Positions 10,467 to 19,639 of a stretch of DNA of 64,000 nt are shown here, one piece after another; position 1 is the stretch's first letter; each line of letters starts with the position of its first letter. A program made the translations under genes and the position numbers. Under the pieces are notes generated by a model. It was not told the DNA's origin, made no database searches, and saw only the letters and a program-made list of their open reading frames with translations. The stretch is taken from contig JBCDAE010000003.1 of the NCBI GenBank assembly GCA_039186235.1, positions 65,934-129,933 of the forward strand, written 5' to 3'. This DNA comes from Pseudomonadota bacterium (lineage in GTDB: Bacteria > Pseudomonadota > Alphaproteobacteria > Sphingomonadales > Sphingomonadaceae).

Positions 10467-10925
10467 ATGAGCGAGACGAAGACCGAATACGGCTACGGCA
10501 ACGCCGTCGAAGCCACCGAAGGCGAGTTTGCAGGTTGGTACCATTGGAACCACGATCCGTTTGAGACCCGGTCCGGACCTTTCTTCATGCGCCGCGAAGA
10601 GGATGGGTCATACCTCAGCGCGTTCAGGGCCGAAGAAAAGCACATGAACGGGGCAGGCTCGATGCACGGCGGCTGTTTGATGACCTTTGCCGATTTTGCC
10701 TTGTTCGCCATCGCGACCGATGAGCTCGGAGGCGCGAACGCGGTGACGCTGAACCTGTCCGGCGATTTTCTGGGAGGCATTACGCCCGGAGCCTTGGTAG
10801 AGGCGCGCGGTGAAGTCACGCGCGGCGGCGGCAAAACGATCTTTGTTCGCGGGTTGATTACAGGCGACGGGAAACCCGCTTTCAGCTTTACCGGGATCAT
10901 CCGAAAGTTCTCGCCGCGCAGCTAG
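10467..10925 (+). CDS. PaaI family thioesterase
   Basis: Hotdog motif HMNGAGSMHGGCLMTFAD. Confidence 0.9.
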   Translation: MSETKTEYGYGNAVEATEGEFAGWYHWNHDPFETRSGPFFMRREEDGSYLSAFRAEEKHMNGAGSMHGGCLMTFADFALFAIATDELGGANAVTLNLSGDFLGGITPGALVEARGEVTRGGGKTIFVRGLITGDGKPAFSFTGIIRKFSPRS

Positions 10926-11073
10926 CCTTGCGAGGTCTAACTTCGAGTGTTTTGGTGCCAGTGCCATCCTCGCGGCGGAAAACGCTTACAACGCCGCTGT
11001 GTCCGGTTGCGAGGGCGGGTAGGGCGCTTTAAGGCCCACGCCAAACGGACAATCAGGACTTTGAGGACGCCAC

Positions 11074-11964
11074 ATGAACACGCAGGAAATGACGGCCAAG
11101 ATCGCCGAAGGCCAAGGTTTTATCGCGGCGCTCGATCAATCGGGCGGCTCCACGCCCAAGGCGCTGCGTGGCTATGGTGTGGACGACAGCGAATGGTCGG
11201 GCGACGAGGAAATGTTCGCACAGATCCATCAGATGCGCAGCCGAGTGATCACGTCGCCATGCTTTGCCAGCGGGAAGGTGCTCGGCGCGATCCTGTTTGA
11301 AAAGACAATGGACGGCGAAGTCGACGGATTGCCCACACCGGACGCGCTCAAGGCGCGCGGGGTCGTCCCCTTTATCAAGGTGGACCAAGGGCTCGCCGAC
11401 GAGGCCGATGGCGTCCAGTTGATGAAGCCGCTCGATAAGCTTCCGGCCTTGCTCGAAAAGTCGGTGGCTAAGGGCATGTTCGGCACAAAGATGCGCTCGG
11501 TAATCAAGTCGGCCAATCCTGCCGGCATCGCGGCGGTTGTCGCTCAGCAGTTTGAAGTGGGCAATCAGATCGCGGACGCTGGCCTCGTCCCGATGATTGA
11601 ACCGGAATACGATATCACCGCCGACGATCGCGAGGCGGGCGAGGATATCCTTTTGGCCGAAATCATGAAGCAACTCGGCGCTTTGCCTGAGGGTCGCAGT
11701 GTTATGCTCAAGTTGTCGATACCCGTGAAACCAGGCCTTTACGCGCCCGCGATTGCCCATCCGAACGTTCTGCGCGTGGTCGCGCTTTCGGGAGGGTACT
11801 CCACCGATGACGCCTGCGCGCATCTTGCCAAGAACGCCGGAATGATCGCCAGCTTTTCGCGCGGGCTTTTGCAGGATTTGCGCAAGGGCCAGTCGGAAGC
11901 CGAGTTCGATGGTGCCCTGGGCAAAGCGATCGATCAGATCGCCGCCGCGAGCGCTGCTGGGTAA
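11074..11964 (+). CDS. fda: Fructose-bisphosphate aldolase class I
   Basis: GFIAALDQSGGSTPKAL, GAILFE, FGTKMRSVI, VVALSGGYS. Confidence 0.93.
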   Translation: MNTQEMTAKIAEGQGFIAALDQSGGSTPKALRGYGVDDSEWSGDEEMFAQIHQMRSRVITSPCFASGKVLGAILFEKTMDGEVDGLPTPDALKARGVVPFIKVDQGLADEADGVQLMKPLDKLPALLEKSVAKGMFGTKMRSVIKSANPAGIAAVVAQQFEVGNQIADAGLVPMIEPEYDITADDREAGEDILLAEIMKQLGALPEGRSVMLKLSIPVKPGLYAPAIAHPNVLRVVALSGGYSTDDACAHLAKNAGMIASFSRGLLQDLRKGQSEAEFDGALGKAIDQIAAASAAG

Positions 11965-11967
11965 GTC

Positions 11968-12372
11968 TTAGCTTCCCTCAGAGGCGCTTTGGTCTGGCAA
12001 GAACCTAAGCTCCAACCGGTACTTTTCGATTGAAATCGCGCCATTGGCGCTGGGCTCGACGCCCGTATTGGAAAGCATCAGGAAACCACCTGGCACACGA
12101 ATAGGTTGCCCCAGTCGCAGGTCCATCCGTTGTGGACCTCGCTCGTCTACCATGAACACCGAAACGACCGCGCTGTTCGTTTTGAAGCAAAAATCGGGAT
12201 CCGCGCAGCGTGTGTCCGAGATCAAGTTGTACGGGGTGACCTCAAGCTCGCCGACTTTGGCAGGCTGGAAAAACGAAAGTCCGCTCTCGACAACAACTTG
12301 AGCGCTTGCAGACGATGTAAGCGCGGCCAAGAGAGCAAGAGCTGCGGGGGCGAAACGTGTTCCAATGATCAT
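11968..12372 (-). CDS. Hypothetical exported protein
   Basis: Signal peptide (ASA-Q) and Cys pair (RCADPDFC). Confidence 0.7.
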   Translation of the reverse strand: MIIGTRFAPAALALLAALTSSASAQVVVESGLSFFQPAKVGELEVTPYNLISDTRCADPDFCFKTNSAVVSVFMVDERGPQRMDLRLGQPIRVPGGFLMLSNTGVEPSANGAISIEKYRLELRFLPDQSASEGS

Positions 12373-12500
12373 TTAGACGTCTCCTCAAAATCTGTTTACC
12401 ATAACTGAGGCGGCGAGTCTGGCCGTCCACCCATGTGTCTCACTCCCGGACACTCGCTTCGCGCTTGGCTTGATCCCCGCTCGCGCGCTAAGGGCGCGGC

Positions 12501-13160
12501 ATGAGTGACACTACCCCTTCAACCCAGCTTTATCTGATATCGCCGCTCGATGTGGGAGGCGACTTTCCCGTGCGGCTTGAGCGCGCTTTGCAAGCGGGCC
12601 AACAAGACGACGGTAATCTGATCGCCGCCTTCCAATTCCGGGTGAAGGATATCGATCAGCACGAAGCCGCACGCCTAGCAGAACCGTTGCAAGCCATCTG
12701 CGCGGCGCACGAATGCGCCTTTATCGTCAACGATAGCGTTCCGCTGGCTAAACGGTTGCAGGCGGATGGCGTGCATCTGGGGCAAGACGATGGCGATCCG
12801 CGCGACGCGCGCGAAGCGTTGGGGCGCGAGGTACAGATCGGGGTAACTTGCCACGCGTCCAAGCATCTCGCGATGGAAGCGGGGGAAGCGGGCGCGGACT
12901 ATGTGGCGTTTGGCGCCTTCTTTCTTTCAACCACCAAGGATAAGGGCGAGGACGCTGAGCGGCCTACGCTCGATTTGATCGAGTGGTGGGTGAAGCTGTT
13001 CGAAATCCCGGTCGTCGCCATAGGCGGAATAACGTCCGAGAATTGCGGGCCGCTTGTGAGCGCGGGCGCGGACTTTCTCGCCGTTTCGGGCGGAGTTTGG
13101 AATAGCGACGAGGTGGAAGCGGTCGGAGCCTTCGCCAAAGCTATCGAAGGCGCCGAATAG
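12501..13160 (+). CDS. thiE: Thiamine-phosphate synthase
   Basis: FQFRVK, FIVND, ADGVHLGQDD, GADYVAFGAFF, PVVAIGGI. Confidence 0.93.
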   Translation: MSDTTPSTQLYLISPLDVGGDFPVRLERALQAGQQDDGNLIAAFQFRVKDIDQHEAARLAEPLQAICAAHECAFIVNDSVPLAKRLQADGVHLGQDDGDPRDAREALGREVQIGVTCHASKHLAMEAGEAGADYVAFGAFFLSTTKDKGEDAERPTLDLIEWWVKLFEIPVVAIGGITSENCGPLVSAGADFLAVSGGVWNSDEVEAVGAFAKAIEGAE

Positions 13161-13161
13161 T

Positions 13162-13860
13162 CTATTCCGCTTTACCTTCTGCCGCCTCCGCCTGTTTCAT
13201 CCGCACATAAAAGCCCAGCGTGCTCCCGGTGAATTGGCCAATTGGCGTGGCTTTGCCGCTTTCATCGAAGCTCAAAACACCAACTTCTCCTTCGCTCAGG
13301 CGAAGCCCAGTGCCTTCGTAGATGTTGCCGCCATGCGAAATGAGCGCGACGTTGCCACCCTTGCTTAACGGGGCCAGCTCGCTGACAAGCTCCGCGGTCT
13401 CTTGCGCCGCCTGGTCGAGCGGTCGATCGCTGTTTTCGGCTGGATTGTGGTGCATCAATCGCGCGTCGGTCGTGTAGTCGACGCCAAACATGTAACGCGC
13501 GGTTTCCGCAGCGCGGCACATCGGGCTGGAGATCACGCGCGACACCGGAATGCCTGCCGCGCGGATCAGGCCACCGTTCTCGTGAGCGCCCACGACGCCC
13601 GCGACCGACAGATTGCGCTGGGCGCGGCATTCACTGGCTGGCTGCGTGTAATCATCTTCTCGCGAAGGCATTTCGGTGCGCTCGTGCCGGATCACCATAA
13701 TAAGCCCGCCTTCCTTGAGTCTCTCGATAACTTCGAAAGCTGTCGGGATCGGTATGGCGGGACTGTCCGTTTCCGACTGTGCGGTAAGGGGAGTCGTAAA
13801 GCCCAGGCTAACGACAATGGCCAGGCTCATAAATGCGCTGGATAGGGGGCGGTTTGGCAA
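13162..13860 (-). CDS. Exported histidine phosphatase family protein (start may be 13830)
   Basis: Signal peptide, IRHE..RNLS, SSPMCRAAETA, LISHGGNI. Confidence 0.8.
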   Translation of the reverse strand: MPNRPLSSAFMSLAIVVSLGFTTPLTAQSETDSPAIPIPTAFEVIERLKEGGLIMVIRHERTEMPSREDDYTQPASECRAQRNLSVAGVVGAHENGGLIRAAGIPVSRVISSPMCRAAETARYMFGVDYTTDARLMHHNPAENSDRPLDQAAQETAELVSELAPLSKGGNVALISHGGNIYEGTGLRLSEGEVGVLSFDESGKATPIGQFTGSTLGFYVRMKQAEAAEGKAE

Positions 13861-13896
13861 GAATGTGTCCTCCTAGTTTGCCTAACGGTCGGGGTG

Positions 13897-14328
13897 TTAC
13901 CCAGACCCTGCGATACGAATGCAGGTTAGGCGGCCCAATTCTCCATCATCTCGCAGGCGCTTTATCGTGTTGTCGCCGATGCGGCGAAAGCGTTGCCCCT
14001 TTTTTGAGCCACTCGTGAAAACAATTTCCCGCCCCCGCAGCAGATAGAGCCCACGCGCGCCCTCCGCGTCGCGGTAAGCTGAGCCGGGAATTATGAAAAT
14101 GGTCTCGCTGGCAATCGGCTCGAAGGGCTCGGCCAACGCGTCGCCCGGAAGCGAGCATTCGTATGTCCCATGAGTCAGCGTGCCAAGCGGCCCGCCCACT
14201 TGAGCGGCCAATGGGAATACGGCGGCGCTCGCTACAACCATCGCTGAAAAGATGGTCGCGCGCTTTTTCCGACTGGATCGCAGGTCACGCATGAGGAAGC
14301 GATACCACCGCTCAAAAGGCAGTTCCAC
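13897..14328 (-). CDS. Hypothetical exported protein (start uncertain)
   Basis: Signal-like segment ending PLAA; two Cys (YECSLPGD, LTCIR). Confidence 0.65.
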   Translation of the reverse strand: MELPFERWYRFLMRDLRSSRKKRATIFSAMVVASAAVFPLAAQVGGPLGTLTHGTYECSLPGDALAEPFEPIASETIFIIPGSAYRDAEGARGLYLLRGREIVFTSGSKKGQRFRRIGDNTIKRLRDDGELGRLTCIRIAGSG

Positions 14329-14497
14329 TTGCTAATCGTATGCGCGACATAGGGCGCGCGGATTCACACGGCTTGCTGTCCTCACGGGCACAGGCTATGC
14401 GCGCCCATCACCCGAGCCGGGCGAGGCCAGCGCGTAGGCGCGTCTATCCTTCGGCCAGCCCGCCCACACATTTCTGAGAAAGCCCGAGAGAACCTCC

Positions 14498-15061
14498 ATG
14501 AAGATCAGCGGCGTCGACATTCGTCCCGGCAACATCATCGAATACGAAAACGGCATCTGGAAAGTCGCCAAGATCCAGCACACCCAGCCGGGCAAGGGCG
14601 GGGCCTATATGCAGGTCGAGATGAAGAACCTGCAGGACGGGCGCAAAACGAATGTGCGCTTTCGCAGCGCGGACACCGTTGAGAAGGTGCGTCTCGACAC
14701 TCAGGAATATCAGTTCCTCTACGAAGACGGCGACATGCTCGTCTTTATGGACACGAACACCTACGAGCAGATCAACCTGCCCAACGATCTTCTGGGCGAC
14801 GCGCGCCCGTTCCTTTCCGATGGGATGCAGGTGATGCTCGAGCTCTGGGAGGAAAAGCCGATCAGCGTGCAGCTGCCCCAGCAGGTTGAGGCCGATATCG
14901 TCGAAGCCGACGCGGTGGTGAAAGGCCAAACGGCGTCTTCCAGCTACAAGCCCGCCGTGCTTGATAACGGTGTGCGCATCATGGTGCCCCCGCATATCGA
15001 AAGCGGCACGCGTATCGTCGTCGACGTGTACGAGCAGACCTATGTCGGGAAGGCTGGCTAA
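14498..15061 (+). CDS. efp: Elongation factor P
   Basis: [27 protein letters not shown]. Confidence 0.97.
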   Translation: MKISGVDIRPGNIIEYENGIWKVAKIQHTQPGKGGAYMQVEMKNLQDGRKTNVRFRSADTVEKVRLDTQEYQFLYEDGDMLVFMDTNTYEQINLPNDLLGDARPFLSDGMQVMLELWEEKPISVQLPQQVEADIVEADAVVKGQTASSSYKPAVLDNGVRIMVPPHIESGTRIVVDVYEQTYVGKAG

Positions 15062-15067
15062 CTTCCT

Positions 15068-15886
15068 ATGAGCATGTTTTCCGGCCTCATCCGCGTGATG
15101 GAACGCGCCGCGCGCAAAGCGGGCGGACGTTTGCGGCGCGACTTTGGCGAAGTCGAGCACTTGCAGGTGAGCCGCAAGGGGCCAGCCGACTTCGTGTCGA
15201 AAGCCGATATGCGCGCTGAGCGCACAATCTACGATGAACTCCTTCACGCGCGTCCCGATTGGGGCTTTGTGATGGAAGAAGCCGGCGTGATTGAAGGCGA
15301 CGCGAACAAGCCGCGCTGGATTGTCGACCCCCTCGATGGCACAAGCAACTTTCTGCACGGCATCCCGCATTTCGCGATCAGCATCGCGGTTCAAGAACCC
15401 CGGCTGGATGGCAAGGGATGGGGCGATGTGACCGCCGGGATTGTCTACGATCCCATTCAGGACGCGACTTACTGGGCCGAAAAGACCCGCGGAGCGTGGC
15501 TTCAGGACGCGCGCTTACGCGTCTCGGCGCGCCGCTCGCTGCCCGAAGCGCTGATCGCGACCGGCATTCCTTTTCAGGGCCATGGCGATTTTGCCGAATG
15601 GAGCCGCATTTTCGGCGCGATTGGGCCCGAAGTGGCCGGGATTCGCCGCTTCGGCGCGGCCTCGCTTGACCTCGCTTATCTCGCGCAAGGGCGCTTTGAT
15701 GGATTCTGGGAAAGCGGCCTCAACGATTGGAACACCGCGGCGGGATGCTTGCTCGTGCGCGAGGCGGGCGGGTTCGTCAGCGATTTTCGTGGCCGGTCAA
15801 ACCCGATCCATTCGGAGCAGATCCTCGCGGCCAACGACACGCTGCATTCCAAGCTGCACAAGATCCTCGCCGGATCGCTGCGCTAG
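15068..15886 (+). CDS. suhB: Inositol monophosphatase family protein
   Basis: WIVDPLDGTSNF, RRFGAASLDLAY, WNTAAG. Confidence 0.93.
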   Translation: MSMFSGLIRVMERAARKAGGRLRRDFGEVEHLQVSRKGPADFVSKADMRAERTIYDELLHARPDWGFVMEEAGVIEGDANKPRWIVDPLDGTSNFLHGIPHFAISIAVQEPRLDGKGWGDVTAGIVYDPIQDATYWAEKTRGAWLQDARLRVSARRSLPEALIATGIPFQGHGDFAEWSRIFGAIGPEVAGIRRFGAASLDLAYLAQGRFDGFWESGLNDWNTAAGCLLVREAGGFVSDFRGRSNPIHSEQILAANDTLHSKLHKILAGSLR

Positions 15887-15889
15887 GAA

Positions 15890-17230
15890 TCATTCGGTGC
15901 GCAGCGCTTCGATGGGCGAAAGCCGCGAGGCGCGCACCGCCGGATAGCCTCCGAAAACGAGCCCGATGACGGCGGAGAAAAGCACCGCGCCCAACGCTGT
16001 GGTGATCCCGACGGGGACCGGGAAATCGGCGTAGTTCGAGAGCGCAAGGCCTGCAATCCAGGCGAGCGCCAGCCCCACGGCCCCACCCAAAGTGCACAAG
16101 ACCGCGGCTTCGACTAGAAACTGGTTGCGGATGTCGCTTTTGCGTGCGCCTAGCGCCATTCGCAGGCCAATTTCCCGGGTCCTTTCGGTCACGCTCACCA
16201 ACATGATGTTCATAATCCCGATGCCTCCCACCAAAAGGGAAATCGAAGCGATCGAAACCAAAACCGCTTGGAGAATTCCAGTGATCACCTGGCTTTGCTC
16301 TACAAACTCTTCCGTCGTGCGGATCTTGAATGGCGTCGTTTCGCCAGGGAGCACATTGTAACGATCAGAAAGCACGCTGATCATCTTGCGCTTTCCCTCT
16401 TTCAAAGAGGCGCCCTCTTCGAAGCCGACAAACGCCAGAACCAAGTCGTCTGGGCCGGGTAAAGAGTCCCCGGCGAAACGCTGCCGCATCGTAGAGATTG
16501 GCATGATGAGGATATCATCGTTATCGTCGCCAAAGGTCGATCCCTTCTCTTCGAGCAGGCCAATAATCGTAAAGGGCACGCCGGAGAGCCTGACGGTTTC
16601 TCCCACGGGATCAAACTCACCAAACAAGGCTTCGGATACGGTGCGACCGATAACGATGACGCGAGCCGCTGAACGAACGTCAGAATTGTTGATGTACCGT
16701 CCAACGTCAGTCAGATGAGCCGTAACGAGGCCATAGCCTCCGGTCGTTCCGACCGCTTCTGTCGCTACGGAATTGCCCGCGACGGCGACGTCAAGCTGTT
16801 GGCGCAGTTGGGGAGCCACCGCCCGAATATAGGGCACCTCGTTTTGGATCGCCCGAAGATCGCGCATGGTTAGCCTTCCTCGCTCAAGCGAGCGTCGCGG
16901 AGGGCCTCCTTGTTCTCCATCATCAGGCTCGGGTACGAGAATGGCCATATTTGACCCGAAACTGTTGATTTGCGTGGTGATCGATTCCGAAGCGCCGTTT
17001 CCCACGGCCACCGCAAGCGTAACGGCAAAAACACCAATCAGAACGCCGAGCATCGTCAATAGCGATCGCATGATGTTGGTTCTTAGCGCTGTAAGCGCGA
17101 TCGCGACGTTCACGCCCCAGCTTGAGAAAAAGCTACGCTTTGTGGAAAGGTCCGGCGCAAGCGCGCTGGCGTCCGCGGCCGCAGAACCCGATCGACTGGG
17201 TGCATCGGCGCTAAAGTGCTGGCTGGCCAT
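15890..17230 (-). CDS. MacB-like ABC transporter permease
   Basis: RSLLTMLGVLIG, GGIGIMNIMLVSVTERTREIGLRMALGA, PIEALR. Confidence 0.93.
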   Translation of the reverse strand: MASQHFSADAPSRSGSAAADASALAPDLSTKRSFFSSWGVNVAIALTALRTNIMRSLLTMLGVLIGVFAVTLAVAVGNGASESITTQINSFGSNMAILVPEPDDGEQGGPPRRSLERGRLTMRDLRAIQNEVPYIRAVAPQLRQQLDVAVAGNSVATEAVGTTGGYGLVTAHLTDVGRYINNSDVRSAARVIVIGRTVSEALFGEFDPVGETVRLSGVPFTIIGLLEEKGSTFGDDNDDILIMPISTMRQRFAGDSLPGPDDLVLAFVGFEEGASLKEGKRKMISVLSDRYNVLPGETTPFKIRTTEEFVEQSQVITGILQAVLVSIASISLLVGGIGIMNIMLVSVTERTREIGLRMALGARKSDIRNQFLVEAAVLCTLGGAVGLALAWIAGLALSNYADFPVPVGITTALGAVLFSAVIGLVFGGYPAVRASRLSPIEALRTE

Positions 17231-18000
17231 TAGACGGTTTCCTCACGTGGTTGCGCCACAATGCGGTTCTCTACGGCGTGGTCTTCAATCACTTTGCCAT
17301 CGCGAAACTCAATACGACGTTTGGCGTGCTCGGCGATTTCGTCTTCATGAGTCACCACGATCACGGTGATACCCTGCCTGTTGAGCTCCTCAAATATCGC
17401 CATGATATCTTCACTAGTCTTGGTATCGAGCGCGCCGGTCGGCTCGTCTGCCAGCAGGATCAGGGGTTCGGTCACTAAAGCGCGGGCGATAGCGACGCGC
17501 TGTTGCTGACCGCCCGACAGCTTGGCGGGCGTGTTTTGCAACCTCTCGCCAAGACCCATAGCGATCAGCTTGGCAGTTGCCCGTTCACGGCGTTCTGCGG
17601 TTTCGAGCCCTGCGTAGATCAGAGGCACCGCGACATTATCAATCGAAGTCGTGCGTGCGAGCAGATTGAACTGCTGAAAAACAAAGCCAATCTTGCGGTT
17701 TCGCAAGGCTGCCAACTCGTCGGTCGACATGTCGCCGGTTTCAATTCCATCGATGAAAACCCTGCCTTCGCTTGGCACATCGAGACACCCGATCATGTTC
17801 ATGAAGGTGGATTTGCCTGAGCCAGACGCGCCCATGATGGCCACGTACTCGCCCTGATGGATAGTCAGAGAAACGCCGTTCACCGCATGAATTGTTTCGC
17901 CACCCAATTTGTACGTCTTTACAAGCTGCTGGGTCTCAACGAGCGGGCGTGCGCTGCCCACAGCCGATGCGTGACGCTCCGAGGAAGTGGAGATCGCCAT
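17230..18000 (-). CDS. ABC transporter ATP-binding protein (MacB/LolD type)
   Basis: [35 protein letters not shown]. Confidence 0.95.
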   Translation of the reverse strand: MAISTSSERHASAVGSARPLVETQQLVKTYKLGGETIHAVNGVSLTIHQGEYVAIMGASGSGKSTFMNMIGCLDVPSEGRVFIDGIETGDMSTDELAALRNRKIGFVFQQFNLLARTTSIDNVAVPLIYAGLETAERRERATAKLIAMGLGERLQNTPAKLSGGQQQRVAIARALVTEPLILLADEPTGALDTKTSEDIMAIFEELNRQGITVIVVTHEDEIAEHAKRRIEFRDGKVIEDHAVENRIVAQPREETV

Positions 18001-18012
18001 GGGCCTCTCTTC

Positions 18013-19236
18013 CTATTCCTCGATCTCACGCGATCGAACGAGGACTTTCTGACCTTCTTCAAGCCCGCCTGTAATCTCGGTGTAGTCTTCACCGGCGAGT
18101 CCGAGAGAAACTTCCACTCGATTGGGTTCGTACGGACCATCTCCTGGCACCCAGACCGTTGAAGAATCGGTGGCGTTCTCGTTTGCCTCAGCCTCCTCCT
18201 CATCGATAGCGGCGCGGTCATCCTCGCGCGGCAGAAAACGGGTTGCGGCGATGGGAACGCGCAGCACATTCTCTTTCTTGCCGGTGATGATATCGACATT
18301 CGCCGTCATCCCGGTGAGCAATTTGCCGTCTGGATTGGCCACATCGAGGATCACCAGGTAGCTGACCGCTGAGGCGTCTTGAGTGGCGGACTGGCGAATC
18401 TGCTGGACGCGCGCCTCAAAGGTGTCGTCGGGGTAGCTGTCGACCGTGAAGCGAACCGTCTGACCGTCGACCACCTGGCCGATATCGGCCTCATCGACCG
18501 CCGCTTCGACCTGCATACGGCTTGTATCCGCGGCGATGGTGAAGAGATTGGGCGTTTGGAAATTGGCCGCCACCGTGGTGCCTGGCTCGACCAGCTTATC
18601 GATGACCACGCCGCTTGTCGGTGCGATGATCCGGGTGCGTGACAAGTCGAGCTCGGCGGATCGCAGGATCGCGCTGCTCTGCGCGATTTGTGCCTTGGCG
18701 CTCTGCGCTTGCGCGCGCGAGGTGTTCAAGTTGGCCTTGGCCGCGACGAGCGCGTTCTGCGCCTGATCAACGCCCGCGCTGGAGACAAAGCCCTTTTTCT
18801 GAAGCTCGAGGCGGCGTTCATACTCGCGGGTCTGCACGTCCACATCAGTCAAAGCGCGCGATATGGCCGCTTCGGCTTGCGCAAGGCTGGCGCGGGCCAA
18901 ATCCACTTGCGCTCGGGCCTGCGTCACCTGCGCTTTGGGTCGGGTAGCGTCGATCTCAGCCAGCAATTGCCCCTGAGTGACCGGCGAGTTGAAATCGACG
19001 TAAACGGCCGTGATTTGGCCTGAAATTTCGGAGCCGACGTTAATGGTGTTGAGCGCCCGTAGCGTTCCACTGGCCGACACGAGCCTGACGACTTCGCCCT
19101 TTTCGGCATCTTCGACGACATATTCATAGGTGCGCTCGCTCGGAACCAGGAAAGTGTACAACGCGAAGAGTGTAACGATTAAAATCGCCCCCGACAGGAT
19201 TGGCCGGACCCGGATCCAGCCTACGAACCTGTTCAC
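18013..19236 (-). CDS. MacA-like periplasmic adaptor subunit
   Basis: N-terminal TM, VGSEISGQI, helical hairpin, IIAPTSGVV, LLTGMTANV. Confidence 0.92.
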   Translation of the reverse strand: MNRFVGWIRVRPILSGAILIVTLFALYTFLVPSERTYEYVVEDAEKGEVVRLVSASGTLRALNTINVGSEISGQITAVYVDFNSPVTQGQLLAEIDATRPKAQVTQARAQVDLARASLAQAEAAISRALTDVDVQTREYERRLELQKKGFVSSAGVDQAQNALVAAKANLNTSRAQAQSAKAQIAQSSAILRSAELDLSRTRIIAPTSGVVIDKLVEPGTTVAANFQTPNLFTIAADTSRMQVEAAVDEADIGQVVDGQTVRFTVDSYPDDTFEARVQQIRQSATQDASAVSYLVILDVANPDGKLLTGMTANVDIITGKKENVLRVPIAATRFLPREDDRAAIDEEEAEANENATDSSTVWVPGDGPYEPNRVEVSLGLAGEDYTEITGGLEEGQKVLVRSREIEE

Positions 19237-19422
19237 ATTTCACCCTTTCTTTGACCCCTGGTGGGAGTAGTCATGGCATTGGCCCGCTTTAGTCTCAAGG
19301 GTTTTGGCTGTCGCGAGAGGTAACAATCGTCGGCAGTCATCGGACGATTGTCGAATATTGAGGGAAAGCTTGAAGAGAGACGCGGCGGACGCTAACAGCG
19401 CGTTCCGCTCTTGAAGAGCTGT

Positions 19423-19508
19423 GCCCCTGTGGTGGAATTGGTAGACGCGAGCGATTCAAAATCGCTTTCCTTTTAGGAGTGCCCGTTCGAGTCGGGCCAG
19501 GGGCACCA
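19423..19508 (+). tRNA. tRNA-Leu(CAA)
   Basis: Acceptor GCCCCTG/CAGGGGC, anticodon arm AGCGA-TT-CAA-AA-TCGCT, long variable arm, encoded CCA. Confidence 0.97.
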
Positions 19509-19639
19509 CCACTGTCTTTCCGGGTTCTGTGGGCCTTCTTCTTGAAGGGTCTCGTGTCGCAACATCGCATCGGGCCTTGGAACAAACCCCTTGCCATTCG
19601 TGAGAGCCTCAGGGATTAACACGCCCGGACGAGACACCC

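Noticed and set aside
15890-19236. MacAB-like operon without TolC
   Set aside because: Sharing an unlinked TolC is common
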